Shown here in pieces: positions 20,320 through 29,644 of a DNA stretch of 29,644 nucleotides (position 1 is its first letter; each line of letters starts with the position of its first letter). The DNA comes from Octopus sinensis (lineage: Eukaryota), in contig NW_021832889.1 of NCBI RefSeq assembly GCF_006345805.1, positions 1 to 29,644 of the forward strand. The letters are read 5' to 3'. The position numbers were made by a program, and so were the translations under genes. A model generated the notes under the pieces. That model ran no database searches. It saw only the letters and a list, made by a program, of their open reading frames with translations, and had not been told where the DNA came from.

Positions 20320-20901
20320 AGGATTTTTTAAATAATAATTATTTAGAAAACCGAACTCGATGGAATTTGAACTCTTGATACATAAACTAACGTAAAAAAG
20401 AGTCACCACTAATTTACTAAATAAGACTGAAAACATTGCGTCCTGTCACTTTGCCGAATAAGCGACACCAGCGCCGGCAACGCGGGAGTTGACAGACACA
20501 TCAATCAATAAAATAAGCGTGAGACATGGGAGTAGTAGTAGCACAGACTAGATGTTTAAAGCTAAACTGGTGTGTGAGCAGAAACTTCGGATCCCGTGGG
20601 GAATATAAATTTCACTTTGCTTAGAACCCTACAGGGATCAATAAAAGGGAATATTATGGTAATATACACTCTATATAAGTAAGTAAGCTTGATTCATTCG
20701 AATATAATACTTCCCTTTTGGAAAGAATAAAAGGACTTTGTGTATGAAGAAGGCAAAATGAAGCATCAAAATCCGGTTTTAACAAATGCATATGTTCAGT
20801 GTCTTCCACTAGTCGTGTAGTTTTTAAATATTACAACATGCGACAGTTTTCCTGTGTGAGTCTGGTTTAGTCAGCGAGTGTGATCTCAGATTAAGAGCTT
20901 T

Positions 20902-20979
20902 GGTATATGTGTATGTACCTAAGTACATGCATGTATATATGTGTATGTGTGTGTGTCAAAATCTGAAAACAAATATATA

Positions 20980-21012
<33 letters not shown>

Positions 21013-21055
21013 CACGCACACACACACACATATATATATATATGTACATATATAC
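20902..21055. repeat. (TA)/(CA) compound microsatellite
   Basis: Direct. Confidence 0.9.
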
Positions 21056-21200
21056 AACGGGCTTCTTTCCATTTCCGTCTACAAAATCCACTCACAAGGC
21101 TTTGGTCGGCCCAAGGCTATAGTAGAAGACACTTGCCCAAAGTGCAACGCAGTGGGACTGAACCCGAGCCATATGGTTCGTAAGCAGCTACTTACCACTG
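21056..21200 (-). mobile_element. SINE family B head and core
   Basis: cgggcttctttc..ccactcacaaggctttggtcggccc..gacacttgccc..gcagtgggactgaacc. Confidence 0.92.
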
Positions 21201-21214
21201 TTTTCAGATGACAG

Positions 21215-21350
21215 CAATCCCCACTTCCCCCCAGTGTTTAACCGATACTTCTTTTGTCGACCTCGAAAGGTTGAGAAGCAAAGTCGACCTTGGAGGAATT
21301 TGAACTTAAAGACAGATGACATGCTGCAAGGCACTTTTACAAGGCCAACC
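21215..21350 (-). mobile_element. SINE family A, diverged
   Basis: gtcgacctcgaaagg..gcaaagtcgaccttggaggaatttgaact. Confidence 0.7.
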
Positions 21351-21354
21351 ACCT

Positions 21355-21405
21355 TACACACGCACGCGCACAATACACACATATACACACACACTCGCGC
21401 GCGTA

Positions 21406-21478
<73 letters not shown>

Positions 21479-21497
21479 GATATATATATATATATAT
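21355..21497. repeat. (CA)/(TA)n microsatellite
   Basis: Direct. Confidence 0.93.
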
Positions 21498-21532
21498 TAA
21501 GTTTGTTTTTATGATCAGTTATAATAAAAATG

Positions 21533-21715
21533 ATTTCGTCTGCCGTTACGTTCTGAGTTCAAATTCCACCGAGGTCGACTTTGCCTTTTATCCCTTCGTG
21601 GGTCGATTAACAAGTACCAGGTTACGCACTGTTATCGATATGATCGACTTAATCCGTTTATCTGTCCTTGTTTGTCTCCCCTCTGTGTGTAGCCCCTTGT
21701 GGTCAGTAAAAAAAT
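21533..21715 (+). mobile_element. SINE family A, 5'-truncated, tail type 1
   Basis: atttcgtctgccgttacgttctgagttcaaattcc...agccccttgtgg. Confidence 0.92.
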
Positions 21716-22103
21716 ATCAAACATCTCTAGTTAATTAATTGCAGGCTTAACCAAGTTTTGCGCACACCATCTTAAATATTATTTGCTGCTTTTATGTATT
21801 AGAACAACCACTCTTACACAGTTGTGAACTATCGATTCGATTTCCATAGCTGACGAACCGTAACGACACAAAAACACGTGTTCCACGATCCAAGAAATTT
21901 GTTCATAATGTAGTGATGTGTATTCACGCAAATTATATATAACAAGAATTTTTCCCAGGGATAGTTTCGACAGGGAAAGGCCTTCACACTTCCGGGGGGT
22001 ACAAGAACGTATTTAACATGACTGTATGACTGTAGCAGATATATGTCAATCAGCTATGCTCCGGGAGCTCCGAGATAATTTATAGATTGGTAGACAGACA
22101 GAA

Positions 22104-22333
22104 GGCAGCGAGCTGGCAGAAACGTTAGCACGCCGGGCGAAATGCGTAGTCGTATTTCGTCTGCCGTTACGTTCCGAGTTCAAATTCCGTCGAGGTCGAC
22201 TTTGCCTTTCATCCTTTCGGGGTCGATTAAATGAGTACCAGTTATGCACTGGGGGTTGATATAATCGACTTAATCCGTTCGTCTGTCCTTGTTTGTCCTC
22301 TGTGTTTAGCCCCTTGTGGGTAGTAAAGAAATA
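22104..22333 (+). mobile_element. SINE family A, full length, with 12-bp TSD
   Basis: GGTAGACAGACA at 22089-22100 and 22334-22345. Confidence 0.95.
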
Positions 22334-22349
22334 GGTAGACAGACAAATG

Positions 22350-22405
22350 CATTCATACATACACACATAAATACATACATACATATATATATACATACAT
22401 ACATG

Positions 22406-22437
<32 letters not shown>

Positions 22438-22617
22438 CATACATAAATACATATATATATACATACATAAATACATACATACATACATACATACATACAT
22501 ACATACATACATACATAGATACATTCATACATAATACATACATACATGCATACATACATACATACACACACATACATACATACATACATACATACATACA
22601 TACATACATACATACAT
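22350..22617. repeat. (TACA)n microsatellite
   Basis: Direct. Confidence 0.97.
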
Positions 22618-23153
22618 AATGCTGGTCTATAGAATGTCAGCTGTCCAATCCACTGTCAGGAAATACTGCCATAACGGACAGGTCATGTGGTTAGAATGAA
22701 AGAAAATAGATTTCTCGTCATATTCTTTCACGAAAAACCATCAAAATCTCCAAGAGGCTAGAATAGTCATGAAAATTTGGAAAGCTGAAGCTGAGAAGCG
22801 TTTCAAGTGGCGTCACTTCGTCACCGCGGACCTGATGTTCTTTTGTTTTGTTTCTTTGTTTTCGTTTTTGTTTTTGATTTCTTTAAATCAAAATAAAAAG
22901 GGAAGGCGTGGAGAAAATTTAAAGACCACAAGATGTAATGGCAGTAAAGACCCTATCATGCCTTCCATCTCATCATCTTTTTTTTTTCTTTTTATTTTGC
23001 CATGTTTCTTCCCACCAATGTTTCGCACGAGGATTAACCATCTCTGTTATAAATATCATAGTAGAACCACTCAAGCGGGAAAACATTGAAATTCTCGGAC
23101 ACAAGAAACAGCCGACCACGATGGTGACGACGGCAGGTGCATTTTCAGAGGCT

Positions 23154-23640
23154 TACACACACACACACACACACAGACACACACACACACACACACATGC
23201 ATATACATACATACATACATACATACATACATACATACGTACTTACATATATACGTTCATTCATATATTCATACATACATGAATTCATACATACATACAT
23301 ACATTCATACATACATGCATACATACATACATACATACATACATACGTACTTACATACATACATACATACATACGTACTTACATATATACGTTCATTCAT
23401 ATATTCATACATACATGAATTCAAACACGTACTTACTTCATATACACACATTTACATACATACACATACATGCATACACCCTCATACACATACCTGCATA
23501 CACATGCATACATATATACGTAATACATTCTTACACATACACACACTCATACATACATACATACATACATACATACATACATACATACATACATACATAC
23601 ATACAGACAGACAGTCAGACAGACAGACACACGTACATAA
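23154..23640. repeat. (CA)/(TACA)/(GACA) compound microsatellite with internal duplication
   Basis: Direct. Confidence 0.93.
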
Positions 23641-23764
23641 ATTTATTCATAAACATACATGTAACGTCGATATGTGTGTTCACGTGACATCGTCTACATA
23701 CGTCAATCACTGTATGTGTGTGTATGTATTCTTTGCACATGCATGTGCGTGCGCTACTGTGTCT

Positions 23765-23830
<66 letters not shown>
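23765..23830. repeat. (GT)n(GA)n microsatellite
   Basis: Direct. Confidence 0.95.
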
Positions 23831-23833
<3 letters not shown>

Positions 23834-24417
23834 AATAGGGGAGAAAGAGAGAAGACAAAATATTTGGTAGGGAGACTCACATCTCTGGAAGCTTTCCTTT
23901 TCGTTTTCGTTTAATTTTGTTTTCTTTTTATTTTGTTCTTTTGTTCTTAGTGTTGCTTCTCTGGTTTTTGTTGTTGTTGTTGTTGTTGTTGTTGCTGCTG
24001 CTGCTGCGTTCCTCTTTTGGCTCTTTTATTTATTTATTTGTTTACTTTTACTTTTGTGTCACTGAAATCTATACTTCAAATAATTTTTCTTTATATTTTA
24101 TGGATGTCTTAATCATTCCCAAATGCTGTGGAAAATGTTCTTTTACTTGGAAAATGTATAAAGGAACATAATATATATATATACAAAAAAATACAAAAAG
24201 AAAACAAATATATATATATAATTAAATACTTCTATATTGGATAAAATCTACTCCACACTCACATTCTCTCCCTTTCTCTCTCTCCCGTTCCCTCTCTCTC
24301 TCTCTCTCTCAGTCTCTCCTTCTTCACAGTGTCTATCTTTTTGTCTGTCTATCAATCTACCTCTCTATATCTTCCTACTCTAACTTTCTATCTTCTGTCT
24401 ACCGATCTATTTATACT

Positions 24418-24660
24418 ATGTATGTATGTATGTATGTATGTATGTATGTATGAAAGTGTATATGTATGTATGTACGTATGTATGTACGTTTGTATGTATG
24501 TATGTATGTATGTAAGTATGTATGTATGTATGCATGTATGTATGTATGTGTGTATTATGTATGTATGTATATGTGTGTGTATGTATGTATATGTGTGTGT
24601 ATGTATGTACGCAGGCATGCTTGAATGTATGTGTATGGATGAATGCATGTAATTATGTGT
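24418..24660. repeat. (TATG)n microsatellite
   Basis: Direct. Confidence 0.93.
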
Positions 24661-24846
24661 GCATGTATGTGTTATATATTTTATATAGATTACATATTTA
24701 TATATTTATGTGTGCGTATATGTATTATATTATATGTTTTATATATATTATCATATATTTATTTGTGTACATACATGCACACACACACATATACACACTT
24801 GTGTTCGCTCATATTTCCTTCTTAATCAAATATGAATAAAAGAATA

Positions 24847-24867
24847 ACTACTGCAGCAGCTACTACG

Positions 24868-24928
<61 letters not shown>

Positions 24929-24944
24929 TAATAATTATTTTATA

Positions 24945-24983
<39 letters not shown>

Positions 24984-24992
24984 CATTATTAT
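24847..24992. repeat. (ACT)/(AAT)/(ATT)n microsatellite
   Basis: Direct. Confidence 0.93.
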
Positions 24993-25226
24993 ATTTCTTT
25001 ATTGCCCACAGGGGGCTAAACATAGAAGGGACAAACAAGGACAGACAAGGGGATTAAGTCGATTACATCGACCCCAGTGTGCGATTGGTATTTATTATTT
25101 TATCGACCCCGAAATGATGAAAAGCAAAGTCGTGCCCGTGGAATTTGAACTCAGAATGTAAATACAGACGAAACACCACCAAGTATTTCACCCAGTGTGC
25201 TAACGTTTTTGCCAGCACGCTGTCTT
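24993..25226 (-). mobile_element. SINE family A, full length, diverged
   Basis: atttctttattgcccacagggggctaaac...gctaacgtttttgccagcacgc. Confidence 0.92.
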
Positions 25227-25228
25227 CA

Positions 25229-25316
25229 AATAATGATAACAACAACAACAACAACAAAAACAACAACAACAACAACAACAGCAACAACAACAATAATAAT
25301 AATAATAGTAATAATA

Positions 25317-25381
<65 letters not shown>
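25229..25381. repeat. (AAC)n(AAT)n microsatellite
   Basis: Direct. Confidence 0.96.
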
Positions 25382-25382
<1 letters not shown>

Positions 25383-25981
25383 TCAAACCGCTGACAAATG
25401 GTATAAACATCATCCTGAAGCTGTGACTGAGGGAGAAAATGTGTCGATTCTATGGTACTTCTCCATACAGACCGACAAGACTATAAAAGCTAATAAGCCG
25501 GATATTATTATAAAAGATCAGACAAAAAAGATGTGTTTATTAATTGACATGAGTATTCCCGGTGATCACAATATAGCGGCGAAAGAATTTGACAAGATAA
25601 GTAAATATAAAGACCTTGCTAATAAAAGTTGAAAAAATGTGGCATCTCAAGGCGACTACAGTACCAGTGATTGTAGGATCTCTAGGAATGATAAAAAAAA
25701 GGTATTGAAACCTATTTGAAAATGATTCCAGTCTTACCATCCCTACAGGAAGTGCAAAAAATCGTATTAACTGGAACGGCTCATGTACTGAGAAGAGCAT
25801 TATCGCTGTGAAAACAGCATCCATCCATGAATTTATTTACTTATTAATTTTTAAATGCATATTTTATCTGTGAATTTGCGTGTGTAATCTGGGAATGCAT
25901 ACAATGAGCTTCTCTGCCCTGGGTGTATGGAAAACACCCGGCGAGAAACGGAAGAAAATTTGAGGAAAGAAGGAAAAAACA
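25382..25981 (+). pseudogene. 5'-truncated R4/Dong-like element: RLE domain and 3' UTR, embedded in (TAA)n
   Basis: KWYKHHPEAVTEGENVSILWYFSIQTDKTIKANKPDIIIKD..LLIDMSIP..KISKYKDL..EKMWHLK..VPVIVGSLG..LQEVQKIVLTGTAHVLRRALSL* (stop at 25811); frameshifts. Confidence 0.92.
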
Positions 25982-25997
25982 TATAATAATAATAATA

Positions 25998-26028
<31 letters not shown>

Positions 26029-26029
26029 A

Positions 26030-26066
<37 letters not shown>

Positions 26067-26340
26067 TAATATTAATAATAATCATAATCATAATCATAAT
26101 AATAATAAGAAGAAGAAGAAGAAGAAGAAGAAGTAGAAGAAGAAGAAGAAGAAGAAGAAGAAGAAGAAGAAGAAGAAGAAGAAGAAGAATAACAACAACA
26201 ATAATACTGCAGCAGCTGCTGCGGCGCTGGTGTTGCTAGTAGTAGTAGTAGTGCGGTCTTCGGCGGTGGTGGTTGTGATGGTGGTGGTTGAGGTGGTGGT
26301 GGTGGTGGTGGTGGTGGTGGTGGTGGTGGTGGTAGCGGTG
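25982..26340. repeat. Compound (AAT)(GAA)(AGT)(GGT) microsatellite
   Basis: Direct. Confidence 0.95.
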
Positions 26341-26427
26341 GGCATATATAGATGTAGTTGTTAATTATATGTGGTAATTGTATACACATGGTTACCATAA
26401 TAATTATTGTTATCTTTATTGTTGTAA

Positions 26428-26660
26428 AAGCGACGTGCTATCAGAATCATTACCGAGTCGGACAAAATGCTTAGCAGCATTTATTCCGTCTTTACATTCT
26501 GAGTTTAAATTCTATTGATGTCAACTTTATCTTCCATTTGACTTTACCTTCTATCCTTTTGGAGTCAATTAATAAGGACCAGTCGAGCGTTGTGGCCGAT
26601 GTAATAAACTAACACCTAATCCTCTCAAAATTTCAGGCTTTGTGCCAATAGAAGACAGAA
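26428..26660 (+). mobile_element. SINE family A, tail type 2, old and diverged
   Basis: aaaatgcttagc..cattctgagtttaaattc..caaaatttcaggctttgtgcc. Confidence 0.7.
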
Positions 26661-26690
26661 ATTATTATTATTATTATCATTATTATTATT

Positions 26691-27168
26691 GAGTAAGCGA
26701 GCAGAGCATGCCATCAAAGTGACACTGGGGTAAAATATACGAAGCCCAGTATACCCATCATGACTACCCGTCTGATAAGGGTACACCAGGCACATGCATC
26801 ACAACCATATGTGCGCGACATGGTGATCTCATATCAAGATAAACAGCACATGACCTTGCAGGTGGAGCCCAGTTAGAATTTTCTTCAGATCGAGTAACCC
26901 ATCCCGCTCAAAAGGTCCCTGAATAAGGGTTGTTTAAGGACGTTGAACGAAACACCCATGTTTCCAGAGGTGAATTATTCAAACCCCAAAGAATCCTTCT
27001 CAACACATGGCTATGATGCTCCCCCACTACTTCTGCTCGTGATCAGAGATGCACATATCGTCAGCCACTAAGGGACATGATCAACTGGTTAAGGTCAAAC
27101 AACTGACAAGCAAATCTGTGGTATTGAGCAGAATATTTGCTGTAGCCCATCTTTTATACCAAGACAAA
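26691..27168 (-). mobile_element. Non-coding retroposon 3' segment ending ...ctgctcgcttactc(AAT)n, flanked by TAA repeats
   Basis: Complex sequence bounded by (TTA)n on both sides; a similar terminus recurs at 28835-28860. Confidence 0.6.
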
Positions 27169-27233
<65 letters not shown>

Positions 27234-27240
27234 CATCATC
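27169..27240. repeat. (ATT)n microsatellite
   Basis: Direct. Confidence 0.96.
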
Positions 27241-27249
27241 ACCATTGCT

Positions 27250-27570
27250 GAGACCCCTTCGGTCATGAATGACCATGGGATTGCACCTAGAAAATTTCCC
27301 TCTAAGATACAAGTCTGGGCAAGGTTGTTTATGGAAGACCAGCAGTCGCCCATGCATACCAGCCTCTCCTCTCCACTCCACTGATGTTATCCAAGGCAAA
27401 GGCTGATACAGCTTGGCACCTCTGACGTCGCAACTTGTTTCTACAGCTGAGTGAACTGGAGCAACGGGAAATAAATTGCTCAATAGCACAACACGCAGCC
27501 CGGTCCGAGATTCGAACTCACAACCTCGCGATCGTAAGCTCGATGCTCAAGCCACTGAGCCATGCGCCTT
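27250..27570 (-). mobile_element. tRNA-derived SINE (family C), near full length
   Basis: Minus strand GGCGCATGGCTCAGTGG (A box)..GTTCGAATC (B box)..ttgctccagttcactcagctg..tail cccatggtcattcatgac. Confidence 0.85.
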
Positions 27571-27614
27571 CACTATCACCATTAATATTATTATTATTAT
27601 TATTATTATCACAA

Positions 27615-27692
27615 GGCGCCGAGCTTGCAAAATCGCTGTCAAGCCAGGCAAAATGCTTAGCGATATTTCGCCCGTCGTTACGTTCTGGGTTC
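27615..27692 (+). mobile_element. SINE family A head only, cut at the B box
   Basis: ggcgccgagcttgc..aaatgcttagcgatatttcg..cgttacgttctgggttc. Confidence 0.85.
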
Positions 27693-28798
27693 TGCTCAGG
27701 ATCTGGTTCGGTCCCGATCTGCAGGTGGATAAGAATTGGGACAAGGTGACGAACAAGGTGGCCAGTCTAAACAAGAAATGAGCAGAACAGAAGCTGTTCC
27801 TGAAAGCTCAGGCAGAGGTGGTGAATGGTTACATTGCCTCTGTCATCATTTATCGCCTAACCATCGTACCTTGCCCCAGTTACTGTATCTCTTATTTATT
27901 TTCTTGTTGAAGAGACGTGTTCCAATGTTCAGGCGGTCATCTGCTGCCGGCACCCTCTGATTAGCGGCTTAGACATGTCATGGCTTCTGATGCGCAGACA
28001 CGCTCTCGGGTTGCCCCACTTGTAATGACTCATAGACGGGGAACATGAGTAGGCTCCGTTTGTGAGGCACGTCTTTCCGCAGCTCACCTCTTTCACGGAG
28101 CTGCAGTCCTGGGTGAAGAATAGACCGTGACTGGGTGCCTGGCACCTAGGATATTGTCAGGCGCCCAGTCTTCAGCCAGTTTGGCAACAGGATCGGTGGG
28201 TGTTCCACTTTAGCAATATATGGAGGGTAAGTGGCGAGGAAATGCGACGACGTCCTCGGAGAGACCCTGGGCATCGACGAAAACGAACTGGCTACTCGGT
28301 TCCGAAGGATTTGTAGGTCAGGACAGCTATAGATAATTTCCAGATGTCTTTTACCTGGCAGTGCTACCTGTTAGTGGATGGGAGGCACTACCGGTTAGAG
28401 ATAAACTCCACAGGCACGGATGTGCTTCCAGGCGGGCTTTTCCCAGGTGCACGCAGAACGACGAAACCGTTCTGCACACACTCATTCATTGCCTGGTCAT
28501 TGGTGACTTGTGGAGTTATGTCGAATAGCTGCTTTGCGTGTAGGATAGATCCAATCCATCTGTCGGCCGAGTTCACAGTGATGATTGCCCCACAGCCCCC
28601 TTTAATCGGTTGCTGTGGCGAGAGTTTCCCTTGTCTGGTTGCCTGGTGGAAAGAAATGAACACAGAGACATACCTCTTTGGCAATGGAAACTGAGGGTGG
28701 AGCAGGAAGTGCTGTCCTCAACTGAATTTATTGAAAGGTGGGTAAAAGTTGCTAAAATTGCAAGGGTGGACGGCACCATTGTAAGTGTAGAACTCTGA
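27692..28798 (+). pseudogene. L1/Tx1-clade LINE ORF2 C-terminal fragment (late RT region and CCHC knuckle)
   Basis: LLRIWFGPDLQVDKNWDKV..KLFLKAQAEVVNGYIASVIIYRL..CC.HPL.SGL..; FPRCTQNDETVLHTLIHC at 28439-28492; ends ..FIERWVKVAK..VEL*; many frameshifts and stops. Confidence 0.85.
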
Positions 28799-28860
28799 GT
28801 CGGAGCGAAGGAATTGGAGAGGGATTTGTTCTTAGCATGTGCCTGCTCTCTCACTCACTC

Positions 28861-28908
<48 letters not shown>

Positions 28909-29105
28909 TATAATTATAATAATAATAATAATGATAATAATAATAATATAATAATAATAATAATAATAATTATAATATAATAATAATAATAATTATAATT
29001 ATAATAATATAATAATAATAATTATAATTTATATAATAATAATAATAATAATTATAATAATATAATAATTATTATTAAATTATAATGATAATAATAATAA
29101 TAATG

Positions 29106-29144
<39 letters not shown>

Positions 29145-29228
29145 TTATATAATAATAATAATAATAATTATAATTATAATAATTAATAATAATAATAATT
29201 ATAATTATAATAATAATAATATAATAAT

Positions 29229-29270
<42 letters not shown>

Positions 29271-29331
29271 TATATAATAATAATAATTATTATTAATTAT
29301 AATGATAATAATAATAATAATGATAATCATA

Positions 29332-29363
<32 letters not shown>

Positions 29364-29516
29364 TATAATAATATAATAATAAATAATAATTATAATTATA
29401 ATAATAATAATATAATAATAATTATAATTATAATAATAATAAAATAATAATAATAATAATACTATAATTATAATAATAATAATATAATAATAATAATAAT
29501 AATATAATAATAATAA
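28861..29516. repeat. Long degenerate (AAT)n tract (~655 bp)
   Basis: Direct. Confidence 0.97.
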
Positions 29517-29644
29517 TGGAACCTACATACATTGAAGCTATGCCAACATTATGGAATAACAACAGAAAAAGATGGTATAGGCACACACCAGAAAAGGTCA
29601 CAGAAAACGAGAAAGCAACCATACTCTGGGATATGCCGATACAC
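29517..29644 (+). pseudogene. Start of another 5'-truncated R4/Dong-like RLE fragment (runs off the window)
   Basis: YIH*..KRWYRHTPEKVTENEKATILWDMPIH parallels the 25382 copy; begins directly after (AAT)n. Confidence 0.85.

Noticed and set aside
21829-21860. CTGACGA followed by a small hairpin
   Set aside because: No GAAA after stem II and no stem I partner.
27495-27570. tRNA gene (minus strand, A and B boxes present)
   Set aside because: No acceptor-stem pairing, and it continues into a SINE body, so it is a tRNA-derived SINE head.
272-29622. Most listed ORFs (YIHT/MYVC/IIII/LLLL-type, e.g. 12885-13523, 23279-23914, 22046-22609)
   Set aside because: They are translations of microsatellites or SINEs, with no domain motifs or credible coding structure.

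Overview
Eukaryotic, AT-rich, repeat-saturated non-coding DNA. The repeat families look like those of coleoid cephalopods (Octopus-like); this is recognition from memory, not a database result. I can support no intact host gene, and nearly all listed ORFs are microsatellite translations. Contents: (i) about 17 copies or fragments of one tRNA-type SINE (family A) plus other SINE families; (ii) degenerate non-LTR retrotransposon 3' ends, namely four R4/Dong-like RLE fragments mostly abutting (TAA)n and one L1/Tx1-like fragment; (iii) DNA transposon relics, namely an internally deleted mariner with both TIRs, a maT/DD37D-like transposase pseudogene, and two GGATCTTTTC-ended non-autonomous elements with 8-bp TSDs, one a 1.2-kb foldback; (iv) four copies of a ~200-280 bp element carrying a minimal type I hammerhead ribozyme motif (intact core at 12767-12801, stem I covariation across copies), resembling Penelope-LTR/retrozyme elements. 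Item (iv) is the most interesting signal in the window.
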